From positions 1 to 46,861 of the forward strand of contig JBBRLI010000023.1 of the NCBI GenBank assembly GCA_038231455.1: a DNA stretch of 46,861 nt. The letters are read 5' to 3'. The translations under genes were made by a program, and so were the position numbers. The DNA comes from Vulcanimicrobiales bacterium. Lineage in GTDB: Bacteria > Vulcanimicrobiota > Vulcanimicrobiia > Vulcanimicrobiales > Vulcanimicrobiaceae. Below, in pieces: positions 15,557-26,322 of the stretch. The stretch's first letter is position 1; each line of letters begins with the position of its first letter. The notes under the pieces are model-generated. The model ran no database searches. It was not told the DNA's origin and saw nothing but the letters and a program-made list of their open reading frames with translations.

Positions 15557-17516
15557 GAACCTCCCGCCTCCGACTCCGTCGGAGGCGGCTTTCGATGCGC
15601 TGCTCGCATCGTTTGAGGATCCGCGCCCGCCGGTCCGGCAAAAGCCGCCGGGCGAAGATCTCGAACCGGTGAAGTCGTTTCTCGCCGAACTCTACGCGCG
15701 GCGCGATGAGTTTCTCGACGGCGATCGCTATCGGACGATCGGCGATGCGAGCGAATTTTTCACGAAGGTCGCCGGCGTCTCGTTCGAAGGCCGTCAGGAT
15801 GTGCTCGGTGGGATGCGCGCGGGCGAGCCGCTTGACCTCGTGCGCCAGCCGGAGAACCCGCACGACGTAAACGCGGTCGCTGTCTACTACGGCACGCTCC
15901 ACGTCGGTTACATCAAGAAAGAAATCGCCCGCCGCATTGCGCCGAATATCGACGGCGGTGAACGCTACCGCGCAAGCGTTACGGACGTAACGGGCGGCGG
16001 CACGCGGCACTGGGGCATCAATATTCTCGTGCACCGCGAACGCACGCGAGCCGCGTCGACGCGCGTGCGCGACGAAGGCGTTCCGGCAACACGCGATGAC
16101 ATACGTGCCGCGCTAATCGGCGAGCGTCTCCCGCGCGACGCGCAACTCGCCGTACTCGAACGAATCGATGCAGGGAGTAATACGCTGGCGATCCTCGGTA
16201 CCGGCCGCGGGAAGTCGTTTTGTTTTCAGTATCCCGCCGCAGTCCGCGCGCTCGAACGCAGCGAGAAGACGATCGTCCTCTATCCGCTGCGGGCCCTTGC
16301 AAACGACCAGTACGAAGCACTGCAGCGGCGACTTGGCCCGCTCGGACTGCGCATCTTCCGAGCGAACGGTGCGATCGATGAGAACGAACGTGCTGACCTC
16401 ATGGATGCGCTCGAAAGCGGTGCGTGGGATATCGTCTGCGCGACGCCCGAGTTCTTGCAGTATCATCTCGACCGCTTTCGTAGCGAGGAGAGCCGTCCGA
16501 GCCTCGTCGTCGTCGATGAGGCCCACCATCTCGACGATGCCAAACGCCGCCCCGCGTACGGGAAGATCGGCGATGCACTGGCCGCGCTTGGCAATCCCCA
16601 AGTTCTCGCACTCACGGCAACCGCCGACGATGAGGTCTTTGAGAAAATTCGCAGCTCGATGAACATCGATGCATGGGTGATCGATCCGACGGTTCGTGAA
16701 AATCTAAGCGTAGTTGATGCGCGCGGAGTGAAAGACAAACTTGCCTATATCGACGAGCGGTTACGCGGCGGCGGAAAGGCGATCGTGTACTGCAATTCGC
16801 GCACCGAGGCGACGAAGCTTGCGGAGAAATTGCGCGCACGCAACGGCGATACGGTGGCGTTCTATCATGCCGGTCTTGGAATTCCGGAACGGGCGCAGGT
16901 TGAAACGCTTTTTCGCGAAGGCGCGCTCTCGACCGTCGTTGCGACGTCTGCGTTTGGCGAGGGGATCGATTTGCCAGACGTGCGGCATGTTTTTCTGTAC
17001 CATCTCAATTTCAATTTTACGGAATTCAATCAGCAGGCCGGGCGTGCGGGACGCGATGGCGGCTCCTCCGAGATCCACTTGCTCTTCGGCGAAAGCGATC
17101 GCCGCATCAACGATTACATCATCGCAAAGTCCGCGCCGACCATCGCGACGCTACGTGCACTCTATCGCGCGATGAAGGGCCTGACAACGGACGATACCCT
17201 GCGCATGGCCTATACGGATATCGCGGCGACCCTCGAAATGGATATGGTTGACGGCTCGACGGTCGGGACGGCCGTACGCATCTTCGATGATGCGGATATC
17301 GTCCAGGTTGGTACCGACGATGACGGTCGCTTCGTGCGCTTTATCGAGGTGAAAGAAAAGCTCGATCTGACGCGAAACGCGCGTTATGCCGAAGGCGAAG
17401 CCGACCGCGAGAGCTTCGAGCAGTTCTGTTCGCTGGTACTCACGGCAAAACCCGAGGTGCTCGAGTCGGTGATCAATCGCCCGATTTATCCCGCACGCGT
17501 CGCGCTGATGCGCTAA
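15522..17516 (+). CDS. HIRAN-domain + RecQ-like DEAH helicase (start uncertain: 15501/15522/15669)
   Basis: FFTKVAGVSFEGRQ..LVRQPENPHDVNAVAV..VGYI (HIRAN); GTGRGKS, DEAH, LTATA, HAGL, ATSAFGEGID, QQAGRAGRDG. Confidence 0.88.
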   Translation: MSIQKPSRTTSKNLPPPTPSEAAFDALLASFEDPRPPVRQKPPGEDLEPVKSFLAELYARRDEFLDGDRYRTIGDASEFFTKVAGVSFEGRQDVLGGMRAGEPLDLVRQPENPHDVNAVAVYYGTLHVGYIKKEIARRIAPNIDGGERYRASVTDVTGGGTRHWGINILVHRERTRAASTRVRDEGVPATRDDIRAALIGERLPRDAQLAVLERIDAGSNTLAILGTGRGKSFCFQYPAAVRALERSEKTIVLYPLRALANDQYEALQRRLGPLGLRIFRANGAIDENERADLMDALESGAWDIVCATPEFLQYHLDRFRSEESRPSLVVVDEAHHLDDAKRRPAYGKIGDALAALGNPQVLALTATADDEVFEKIRSSMNIDAWVIDPTVRENLSVVDARGVKDKLAYIDERLRGGGKAIVYCNSRTEATKLAEKLRARNGDTVAFYHAGLGIPERAQVETLFREGALSTVVATSAFGEGIDLPDVRHVFLYHLNFNFTEFNQQAGRAGRDGGSSEIHLLFGESDRRINDYIIAKSAPTIATLRALYRAMKGLTTDDTLRMAYTDIAATLEMDMVDGSTVGTAVRIFDDADIVQVGTDDDGRFVRFIEVKEKLDLTRNARYAEGEADRESFEQFCSLVLTAKPEVLESVINRPIYPARVALMR

Positions 17517-17519
17517 GTC

Positions 17520-17861
17520 TTAGAGCTTGCGCAAGTAGCGGAAGGCAAAATAGCTCGCCACGAGCACGGGGCCGATCTCGGCGCCGACGCCGATCGCGAT
17601 GACCGCATTTTTTGGGAGACTCGCCGCAAGACCGCGGATCGCACCGGCAAACGAGAACATCGCGATTGCCGCAACGATCATGCACTTGCCCGCGTAGGCA
17701 TTCGCATCGAACCAGATCGCGCGGCTACTTAGCGTCTTTGGCGTGCGAAAGCCGTAAACAGCGTTGGGCGGTACTTTGCGAATGGCAAGCGGCAGCGCGA
17801 CGATCAAAACCAAGAATGAGAGCGTCGCGATCGAGCCTGCAAGAAACGCCGTGAAGGTCAC
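17520..17861 (-). CDS. SdpI/YhfL-family membrane protein
   Basis: PPNAVYGFRTPKTLSSRAIW..AN..AG motif, 3 TM segments. Confidence 0.82.
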   Translation of the reverse strand: MTFTAFLAGSIATLSFLVLIVALPLAIRKVPPNAVYGFRTPKTLSSRAIWFDANAYAGKCMIVAAIAMFSFAGAIRGLAASLPKNAVIAIGVGAEIGPVLVASYFAFRYLRKL

Positions 17862-20281
17862 TTGGCGGTAGCCGTTTGTTTTGCGCCCGGACCGATGTAC
17901 TTATTGAGCCAGTCGACCATCTCGGCAAGCGTCGTCTCGACGGACTCGCGGCCGAGATATCCGTGCGCTTCGTCGGGCAACATCACCAAGCGCGCGGTGC
18001 CGCCGTTGCCCTGGATTGCCGCGTACATCCGTTCCGACTGAATCGGGAACGTGCCCGTGTTGTCGTCTTTCATCCCGTGGATCATCAGCATCGGATCTTT
18101 AATCGCGTTGGCATACGTGAAGGGCGACATCTTGGTGTAGAGGTCGGTCGCCTCCCAATAGCTGCGCCGCTCGCTTTGGAACCCAAACGGCGTGAGCGTG
18201 CGATTGTAGGCGCCGCTGCGCGCGATGCCCGCTTTGAAGATGCGCGTGTGCGCGAGCAAGTTTGCCGTCATGAATGCGCCGTAGCTATGGCCGCCAACGG
18301 CCACGCGGTTCGGATCGGTTACGCCCATTTCGACGGCCTTGTCCACGGCAGCTTTCGCGCCGGCGACCAGCTGCTCGACGTACGTGTCGTTCACCGTTGC
18401 CGGATCGCCGACGATCGGAATCGCCGCATTATCGAGCACGGCATATCCGGCCAGCGCCATGAGGATCTCCGATGCGTTGCCGCCGACCGTCGTGAACGTC
18501 TGCGTGTTGTTCGTATTCTGGCTAGCGACGCTGCGATCGATGAATTCCGCGGGGTACGCCCACACGAACGTCGGCAGTTTCTGCCCGGGCTGATAGTTGG
18601 GCGGAAGATAGAGCGTAAACGAAAGGTCGACGCCGTCGGGACGCTTGTACGAGACGACTTTGCGTTGAACGGCGCGCATCTGCGGCGTAGGATCGACAAA
18701 ATGCGTGATCGCGCTGGCCTCTGCGTTTCCGGTGCGCACGTAGAGATTTGGCACCATCGTGGGCGATTGACGCTGTGTGAGCATCTTGGTTCCGTGCGCG
18801 TCAAGAAGCGCATACGGGACTTCGAGTGGATCGAGTGCCGAGACGAAGATGCGCTCTTTTTTCATTGTCGTGAGATCGAAGCGATCGACGAACGGCCGCC
18901 GGCCGTCGGGACCGAATCCGGCTCCCGCAAGAAAGAGCGTGTTGCCGTCATGCGCGATGACGGCTTCGCCGTTTGCAGCAGAGACGGTGAGTGGCGTGCC
19001 GGGATCGCCATAGCGATCGCCATCGCGCAGCGAGCCGAGCTGAACTTCGCTGCCCGGCGTACGCGAATCGATGAGTGTCGTCGTCGTCAGTCGTGTCGTG
19101 CGGTCGTAGGAACGAACGATCGCGCGTGGATCGCCCTGGAGCCACGTGATGTCGCGCGCGCGGTTGACGATGGAATCGAGTTCGTGCGAGGTGCCGGTGA
19201 ACGGCGCATCGAGCGCGACGATGCGATCGCGGTGCGCGGCGACCGTTTTCGGATCGCCGCCGTCGAGCGCTTCAAACCACGTAAGCGTCGCGGGTGCGCT
19301 GTTTGCCCACGTTACATCGCGCGGTGTCGTCGGCACACCGTCGGTCGGCAGATGGTCTTCGAGCGGCTCGTCGACGATTGTCTTCACCGCTCGGCCGGCA
19401 CGATCGATGACCGCGATCTTCGTCGGGAAGCGGTCGTACGGAAAAAGATACGAAAACGGGCGATGCAACGTCTCGGTGAGAATGTACGCGCCGCTGGGCG
19501 ACACCAATGCGCTTGTGATCTCCGCCGCATTTCCGAGCGGCGTCACCGTGCCGCTGGCGATGGCGACGGCTGCGAGTTGCGATGTGCCGTAGTATTCGAA
19601 GAGATCTTCGTCGTGCGGGTTGGCGAGGAGATCTTCGTACGTGACGATGGCGCCGGCTTTGCCGCTGGTCTCTTGCACGACGGGGCCGATCGGGGTGAGC
19701 GCTTCGCGGGGCTCGCGCAAGCGCTTCGGCGGCACTTCTTTGATTAAAAGCGATTTACTATCGGGCATCCACGCGATCGGCGAACCGAAAACGCCGTTGA
19801 GGTGAACGCCGCCGATTTTTTGCGGTTTTGCAGCGCCCGTCGCTACGACGTAAAGATCGATCGACGATGCGGTCGCATTTGAAAACGCAACGTGCCTGCC
19901 ATCCGGGCTCCAGCGAACGGAGGTGATGTGCGCGTTTGGCGGCAGCGCGACGGTCGTCGTCCCTCCGCCCGCCACCGACTGGAACGCAAGCGAGGTGTAG
20001 GCGCTTTGATGGTGGATGCCGTCGTTTTTCGGATCGATCCGGATGCCGGCCAGCCGCAGCATGGGCTTCGCGAGATCCGCGACGGGCGGGTAGCGCAGCG
20101 GGACGAGAATCGCGATTGCGTCTTTGGTGGGACTGAGCGAGGTCACCGGCAGTGGCGGCGCCTTGAGGATGTCCTCAATTGCCGAGGGCGGTTGGCGGTA
20201 CCGAACCGCGTCGGCAAGCGCCGGCGGTGCGACGATCGCAGCGGTAAGAAAAAAAGCAAAGCCCGTACGAAGCGCGTTCAT
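17858..20281 (-). CDS. Secreted S9-family prolyl oligopeptidase / glutamyl-peptidase-like enzyme
   Basis: Signal peptide, beta-propeller region, GGHSYGAFM nucleophile, ARSGAYNRTLTPFGFQ, HG..DDN, EAHGY. Confidence 0.92.
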   Translation of the reverse strand: MNALRTGFAFFLTAAIVAPPALADAVRYRQPPSAIEDILKAPPLPVTSLSPTKDAIAILVPLRYPPVADLAKPMLRLAGIRIDPKNDGIHHQSAYTSLAFQSVAGGGTTTVALPPNAHITSVRWSPDGRHVAFSNATASSIDLYVVATGAAKPQKIGGVHLNGVFGSPIAWMPDSKSLLIKEVPPKRLREPREALTPIGPVVQETSGKAGAIVTYEDLLANPHDEDLFEYYGTSQLAAVAIASGTVTPLGNAAEITSALVSPSGAYILTETLHRPFSYLFPYDRFPTKIAVIDRAGRAVKTIVDEPLEDHLPTDGVPTTPRDVTWANSAPATLTWFEALDGGDPKTVAAHRDRIVALDAPFTGTSHELDSIVNRARDITWLQGDPRAIVRSYDRTTRLTTTTLIDSRTPGSEVQLGSLRDGDRYGDPGTPLTVSAANGEAVIAHDGNTLFLAGAGFGPDGRRPFVDRFDLTTMKKERIFVSALDPLEVPYALLDAHGTKMLTQRQSPTMVPNLYVRTGNAEASAITHFVDPTPQMRAVQRKVVSYKRPDGVDLSFTLYLPPNYQPGQKLPTFVWAYPAEFIDRSVASQNTNNTQTFTTVGGNASEILMALAGYAVLDNAAIPIVGDPATVNDTYVEQLVAGAKAAVDKAVEMGVTDPNRVAVGGHSYGAFMTANLLAHTRIFKAGIARSGAYNRTLTPFGFQSERRSYWEATDLYTKMSPFTYANAIKDPMLMIHGMKDDNTGTFPIQSERMYAAIQGNGGTARLVMLPDEAHGYLGRESVETTLAEMVDWLNKYIGPGAKQTATAK

Positions 20282-20331
20282 TGGAAACGCGTTCCGCTTG
20301 ATGCCCTCGGGTCCTTTGCCTAGTGGGCCAG

Positions 20332-21156
20332 CTAGCGGAGGGCCTTTGCTTGCGCGTTTCGGCCGAGTCGCTTGGTGATGGTCTCCGGAAAGAGTCGCGC
20401 GGCGATGTCGATCTTTTTTGCATCGCTGCCGATGAGCACGCGATTCTTGTTCTTGCGAATTCCACGCAGGATCTCGGCCGCCGCGACCTCCGGTGTGGTG
20501 GTGAGGAAGCTCTCTTCGAAACGCGCGGTCATCTTCGCGGCGCGTTCCGGGTCAACCGAGGTTGCCACGCGAGCGCTGCGTGCAATCGCCGTTGCGATGC
20601 CGCCCGGGTGCACCGTGCAGACGTGCACGTTCGTATCCGCAAGCTCGCCGCGGAGCGATTCGCTAAAGCCGCGTACCGCAAATTTGCTGGCCGCATACGC
20701 GGACTGGCCGGGTGGCGCGTAAATACCAAAAATGCTAGAGATGTTCACGATCGAGGCCTCCGGCTGCGCGATGAGCGTCGGTAAGAACGCCCGCGTGCCG
20801 TAGACCGTGCCCCAAAAATTGATGTCGAAGAGCCACTTCATCTCGTCGGTCGTGAGTTCGGCGATCGTGCCGAAGAGCGCGACGCCCGCATTATTGATGA
20901 CGATATCGACTTTGCCGTGCGACCCGACGACGTCGACGGCGAAGTGGTTCACCGCTGCCTCGTCGCTCACGTCGAGTTCGTGGAGCGTCACGTTGCCAGC
21001 GTTCTTCCCGAGCAACGCCAGCGTCTCTTCAAGCGCGCTCGTATTTCGGTCCGCAAGCGCAAGATGGGCACGTTTACGCGCAAGCTCGATCGCTAAGGCG
21101 CGCCCGATTCCGGAGGCCGCTCCCGTGATGACGCAGACGCGTCCTTTGAACTTCAT
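20332..21156 (-). CDS. Short-chain dehydrogenase/reductase
   Basis: ITGAASGIG, NNAG, YAASK. Confidence 0.92.
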   Translation of the reverse strand: MKFKGRVCVITGAASGIGRALAIELARKRAHLALADRNTSALEETLALLGKNAGNVTLHELDVSDEAAVNHFAVDVVGSHGKVDIVINNAGVALFGTIAELTTDEMKWLFDINFWGTVYGTRAFLPTLIAQPEASIVNISSIFGIYAPPGQSAYAASKFAVRGFSESLRGELADTNVHVCTVHPGGIATAIARSARVATSVDPERAAKMTARFEESFLTTTPEVAAAEILRGIRKNKNRVLIGSDAKKIDIAARLFPETITKRLGRNAQAKALR

Positions 21157-21237
21157 TCCGCGAGGTTGGAGCGGCCGGTCATGCCTCCCTTCGAGGGCGA
21201 GAAGGCGTAGCGCGAAATCGCGCGCAACGGAGCGAGC

Positions 21238-22143
21238 GTGCGAACCTTTCTTGCGATTTTCTTCTTGCTTGTAGGTGTGATGATGGGCTCAGCCGAGGTG
21301 GCGACGACGGGCCTGGTCACGACACCCGATGTCGATCTGTCATATGTCCTCTACGGTACGCCGAGCACGGCCACGCCGGTCTTTGCGGTGAACGGTGGTC
21401 CCGGTCTCTCGCACGTCTATATGCTGCAGAACGATGTCTGGCCGCGAATTGCCGACGCTGGCCGGCAAGTCGTTTTCTACGATCAGCGCGGAACGGGAAA
21501 GTCGACGCGCGTCCGCGCCGGAGCATCACAATCGATGGACGCGCAAGTCGCGGATCTCGACGCGATCCGCGCGAAGCTCGGCTTTGCCAAAATCGTTCTC
21601 GTCGGCGACTCGTACGGCGGCCTCATTTCGATGGCGTATGCCGCGGCGCATCCGCAACATGTTGCCAAACTCGTGCTCAGCGATTCAGCCGCACCCGCGT
21701 GGAAAGACATCGTCCATATCTTCCCGCAAGTGTTTCCGGATCGACTCGAAGCAAATGCCGCAGCGCAGAAGAAGCTCGGCGATACGCCGGCTGCCGCGCA
21801 GCAATCGCTTCGCGACCACTTTATGATGATTTTTTACAGCGAAGAACTGCGCGACAAATATCTCGCCGGTGCAAAAGATTTGGGTTACGATCCGAAAATC
21901 GGCGAAGCCGTCGGCAAGGCCACTGAAAAACTCGACCTTACGACGGCCTTACCGAAGTTCGCCTTCCCGACGATGGTGATCACGGGCCGCTACGACATGA
22001 ACGTCGCGCCGCTTACCGCCTGGCGCATGCACAAGGCAATCCCCGGCTCGACCTTCGTGGTCTTCGAAAAAAGCGGTCACTTGCCGTCCTACGAGGAGCC
22101 CGACAAGTACGTTCGCGTGATCGAGACATTCCTCAAATCATAA
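21238..22143 (+). CDS. Alpha/beta hydrolase, proline iminopeptidase-like (S33), probably exported
   Basis: NGGPG, YDQRGTGKS, GDSYGG, FEKSGH; N-terminal hydrophobic leader. Confidence 0.85.
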   Translation: MRTFLAIFFLLVGVMMGSAEVATTGLVTTPDVDLSYVLYGTPSTATPVFAVNGGPGLSHVYMLQNDVWPRIADAGRQVVFYDQRGTGKSTRVRAGASQSMDAQVADLDAIRAKLGFAKIVLVGDSYGGLISMAYAAAHPQHVAKLVLSDSAAPAWKDIVHIFPQVFPDRLEANAAAQKKLGDTPAAAQQSLRDHFMMIFYSEELRDKYLAGAKDLGYDPKIGEAVGKATEKLDLTTALPKFAFPTMVITGRYDMNVAPLTAWRMHKAIPGSTFVVFEKSGHLPSYEEPDKYVRVIETFLKS

Positions 22144-22162
22144 GTACGAAGTGCGATCGGAG

Positions 22163-23353
22163 CTAGGCAATGGCGTGAGCCAACTTGCTGCCGTCCACCG
22201 CTTGATAAAAAGCGTTTTGCGTTTCTGAGATGTTCGGCGCCCATGGATCGAACTGTGCGCTGTCGGTTGGGAAGTGAACGCTTGGGCCGACGGCATCGCG
22301 ATAGTCGACGCCGCCGAATGGTTCGAACTTTGCCGACTCCCCATGGGCTATGACGAGCGACTTGATTGCGCCGGCGGCGCCGGCCGCGTCGGTTCGGACG
22401 GCTTGCGTGAGCCTTTGGTCGGCGGCAAACGTTTCGTAGAGTGCGATCGCCGGTCGGTCGGCGCGCCACGGTGTTGCCGTTGGGAAATCACGGGTGAATC
22501 CGTCGACGGAGTTTGCGTCTTGGGCGATCGCTTTCTTCATCGTTGTATCGGCTGATGCTGCGATCAATGCACCGTTGAGCTCCCGGACGGCACGTTCCAC
22601 TGTCGCGACTCGCGACGGGTCGCAGTCAATGACATCGAATGCCGCAGCCGGCGACCAGTGGAGCGAATCGTTTCCGTACTGCGTCTTCATCGTATCGGCG
22701 ACGACCGCTTTGCCCATCGCTGTGGGATCATTTTCGTTTGCGGCAATCGCGTGCGCGATCGTGCTTGAGACGCCAGGCGCGATCATCGTTTCGGGACTTG
22801 CAGCAAGAAATTTCACGCCGGCGCTCGAGAGCGCGCTTGTGAATGCAAGCGTCGCCATTAGGCACTGATTGGCAACGACGCCGTCCACGTGCCGTGCGGC
22901 GTCTTCGGGATGCGCTTGCGCGTGCTGCCGCACGCCGTCGGCGATCGCACTCGCGATATCGGGCATCGACATGATCGCGTTGTTCGTCTCCAAGCCGCCG
23001 CCGTCGCCACCGCCGTGATCGACAAGATCGATCCACGTTTGTCGGGCGTCGCTCGTCTGAGCCTTGTCGAGGGTCGCTGCGACGAACGCCGCAAGGTCCG
23101 AGCGCGAACTCATTTCGTGCGGATGTTCGATGTGTGTTGCCACGACGTCGCCGCCACGTATGTCGGAGAACTCGGTGCGGGCAACACCTTCGGGTTCGCT
23201 CCCGCGGCGCGCGGTCGTATCTTCAATATTGAACGCAATACTTGGGTCGGCTTTGCTAGTAGTTACCGCCTGCCCGATTACGGAGGCTTGGACGTGGTCG
23301 AGATTGTTGAGCCCATCGCGATAGATACCAAATTGCAGTGCGGTTGCGTTCAT
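22163..23353 (-). CDS. Clostripain-like (C11/caspase fold) cysteine peptidase homologue
   Basis: LVDHGGG (His) and ANQCLMATL (Cys) dyad, followed by FLAASPE; GAGG upstream of an ATG triplet. Confidence 0.65.
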   Translation of the reverse strand: MNATALQFGIYRDGLNNLDHVQASVIGQAVTTSKADPSIAFNIEDTTARRGSEPEGVARTEFSDIRGGDVVATHIEHPHEMSSRSDLAAFVAATLDKAQTSDARQTWIDLVDHGGGDGGGLETNNAIMSMPDIASAIADGVRQHAQAHPEDAARHVDGVVANQCLMATLAFTSALSSAGVKFLAASPETMIAPGVSSTIAHAIAANENDPTAMGKAVVADTMKTQYGNDSLHWSPAAAFDVIDCDPSRVATVERAVRELNGALIAASADTTMKKAIAQDANSVDGFTRDFPTATPWRADRPAIALYETFAADQRLTQAVRTDAAGAAGAIKSLVIAHGESAKFEPFGGVDYRDAVGPSVHFPTDSAQFDPWAPNISETQNAFYQAVDGSKLAHAIA

Positions 23354-23514
23354 CATCATCCTCAAGGTGTGCGTGATGAACGCCTACTGCGACCACTCGA
23401 GCCGACGGCTAGGGGCATCTTTGGAACAAAACGGGCTTTCGAGGAGTATCAAGGAAACCGACCGACCGACCCGTCGCGGTGTGCGGGGGGCGTCTACTGA
23501 TTGTGAGGCACGCT

Positions 23515-26249
23515 ATGCCCCTTGCCATTTTGCGTTTTGCGGCCCTCGCGGCGCTGATCGCCGCGAGTCCGCTCGCCGCGACTGCGGCCGAGAGCCCAAG
23601 CCCGAGTCCCGCGCCGAGCCCAAGTGCGAGCGCGGCGGCCGGCGCCGCTAGTCCCGCTGCTGCTGCCGCCGCGCTTGCTGCCGTGGCGGCGCGTCCCCCA
23701 AGCGACGGCACGATTCCCTACGAGACATTCACGAAGGACGCCGTGAAACAGGATGGGCTCTTCACGCTCATTCGCAAAGACGGCCGCGTCTATCTCGAGC
23801 TCAAGAACGATCAGCTCGACAAAGACTACTTGCAGACCGCCGTCCCATCGAACGGCATCGGCGGGTACGGCGTTCTTGCGGGCGACGTCTTCCAACAGGA
23901 AGCGCGCGTGTTGCGCTTTGCCCGCGTCGGCAAACAAGTCGTCATGCTCTGGCCGCAAACACGCTTTACGGCAAGCCCAAAGACGCCGCTCGAAGATGCG
24001 GTGCGTCAGTCGACGGCCGATTCCGTACTAGCGGTCGCCGGGATCGTCAGCGAAAATAAGCCCGGCAAAGCGATCGTTGTCGATCTCTCGGCACTCCTCG
24101 GTGATGTCGTGGATTTGACGAACACTCTCAATGCGTCGGTTTCCTCGCCGCTCAATCCGCTGGGGAGCTATCGCCTCGATCCGACCCGCTCGTACTTCGG
24201 CGCATCGAAAGCCTTTCCGAAGAACGTCGTCATCGAAGCCGACCAGACATTCACCTCGCTCAAACCGACGGTCGTCGACACGGTCGTCGACCCGCGTAGT
24301 ATCCAGATGCGCATCACGTACAACTTGGCGGAGCTGCCCGACGCATCGCAGTACATGCCGCGCTTTGGCGATGACCGCGTCGGCTTCTGGGAAGACCCGC
24401 ATATCGCGTTCGACCGCACGACATCGATGGATAACACGCTGCGTTACGTCCTGCGCTGGAACATGAAGGCAAGCGATCCATCAAAGCCGCTCTCGCCTGC
24501 CGTCACGCCGATCGTCTACACGCTCAGCAACACGATCCCTGTTGAGTATCGCGAGCCGATTCGCTCGGCCGTTTTAAAATGGAACGGGGCCTTTGCGCGC
24601 ATCGGTATCTCCGATGCCGTCAAGGTCGTCGAACAGCCGAACGATCCTAATTTTGACCCAGACGATATTCGCTACAACGTCATCCGCTGGCTGACCGAAT
24701 CGAACAGCGGCGGATTTGCCGAAGCGCAAATCACGTGGGACCCACGCGACGGCCAAATCTTCCGCTCGGGCGTCTTCATCGATAGCGATCTCGTGCGGTA
24801 CGGTAGCCTTTCGTATAAAGTGCTCGGCATTACGGCAACCGGCGACCATCCCGATGACACCGAGGATGCCGATCACCCGCATCTGCCCGGACAGAGCATC
24901 CTCGCGCACAACGATGGACCCGGCGCGCACGCCGAGTTGATGTACGGTGCGGTCGCAACGGCCCTCATGAGCGGCGGCGATCCGGCGGAAATCGCACGCC
25001 ATACGGCGCGCGATTATCTCCACGCGATCGTGCTGCACGAAGTGGGGCATGACTTCGGCTTGGCGCATAATTTCATCGGCCATATGGCGTACAGCGAAGC
25101 GCAAGTGCGCAGCCACGATTTCACCGCGAAAAACGGCATCGCCTCATCGGTGATGGAGTACAATCCAGTCAACCTCTGGCCCAAAGGCTGGAGCAACGGC
25201 GATCTCGAGCAGATGGTGCTCGGGCCGTACGACTATCACGTCATCCACTTCGGCTACGCGCCGATTCCAAGCGCCAAGTCGCCGTTCGATGAAATCGCGA
25301 CAACCTCAAAATGGGCGTCGGTGTGGAGCGATCCAAAATACCGCTTTGCAAGCGACGAGGACGTCGCCTGGTACGGCGGTCACGCAATCGATCCGCGCGT
25401 GCATCAATTCGTGCTGACCAACGATCCGCTCAAATGGTGCGGTACCAAGCTTGGGATGGTCCAGAAGCTCGTCGGTCAACTCGACAACAAGTTGCCTGCC
25501 GTCGAGCATCCGTACGACGAGGAGCGCTTCGGATTCGCCGTCCTCGTTGGCCAATATGGCCGCTGTGCGGGAACCGCCGCGCACTACATCGGTGGCGAGT
25601 ATCTCTCGCGCGCGCGCCGCGGCGATCGCAATGCCGCGCCGCCGCTTGTCCCCGTCTCGCGAGCCGACGAACGGCGTGCGTTCGATATGATCGATCACTA
25701 TCTGTTCGCGAACTCTGCCTGGGCCTATTCACCGAAGACCCTCAGCCATCTCGTCTATTCAGAACACGAATCGTTCACGAACTTCGGATCGAACGTTGCG
25801 ATGCGACACGACATCTCGGTTGCAGCACTTGCGGGAGCCTATCAGGGTCAGACCCTTGCGTATCTCTTCGCGCCAAACGTGCTCGCACGTCTGGCCGATC
25901 TACCGACCAAATCCGCACCCGGTGCGACGATGACCCTCGCCGATCTCGTTGGTCGCAAACCTCGATCTACGGAGACATCGCTGATGGGTCGGTCCGTAGC
26001 GCAACGCAGGTTCGTCGAAACCTCCAGCGCCGCTATACCGACATGCTGCGTCAGATGGCGCTCGCGCCGGTACGCGGAACGCCGCTCGACGCCCAAGCCC
26101 TCGCCCGCCACGAACTGGTCTCGCTCAACGGATCGCTCACGAGCGCGCTTGCGCGTCACTCGCTCGATCTGCAAACACGTGCCCATCTCGAGGCAATGCA
26201 AGTCGAAGTCGATCGCACGCTCCACGCGCGCACGATGACCACCACCTAG
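23515..26249 (+). pseudogene. Secreted zinc metalloprotease (EcxA/Met-zincin type) with a frameshift near 25948
   Basis: Signal peptide, DDRVGF, HEVGHDFGLAHNF, SVMEY Met-turn; natural-looking C-terminus (WSQTSIYGD..RRNLQR..TRAHL) continues in another frame to 26249. Confidence 0.8.
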
Positions 26250-26270
26250 CCGACGCCTCGCACGCCGGTC

Positions 26271-26316
26271 CGGGGTTCGTTCTTTGCTCGCTACGGCGAG
26301 TGCGGAACGGACCCCG
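26271..26316. terminator. Long hairpin between convergent genes
   Basis: CGGGGTTCGTTC..CTCGC-TACG-GCGAG..GAACGGACCCCG with C(UACG)G loop; no U-tract. Confidence 0.55.
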
Positions 26317-26322
26317 TATTCG

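Noticed and set aside
17876-19747. 623-aa plus-strand ORF
   Set aside because: Antisense shadow of the S9 peptidase; long shadow ORFs are expected at high GC and it has no motifs.
23581-23690. CCCAAG/CCCGAG and GCT/GCC repeats
   Set aside because: Ordinary Ser-Pro/Ala linker coding sequence, not an array.
25940-25960. Programmed ribosomal frameshift in the zincin gene
   Set aside because: No slippery heptamer or homopolymer at the site.
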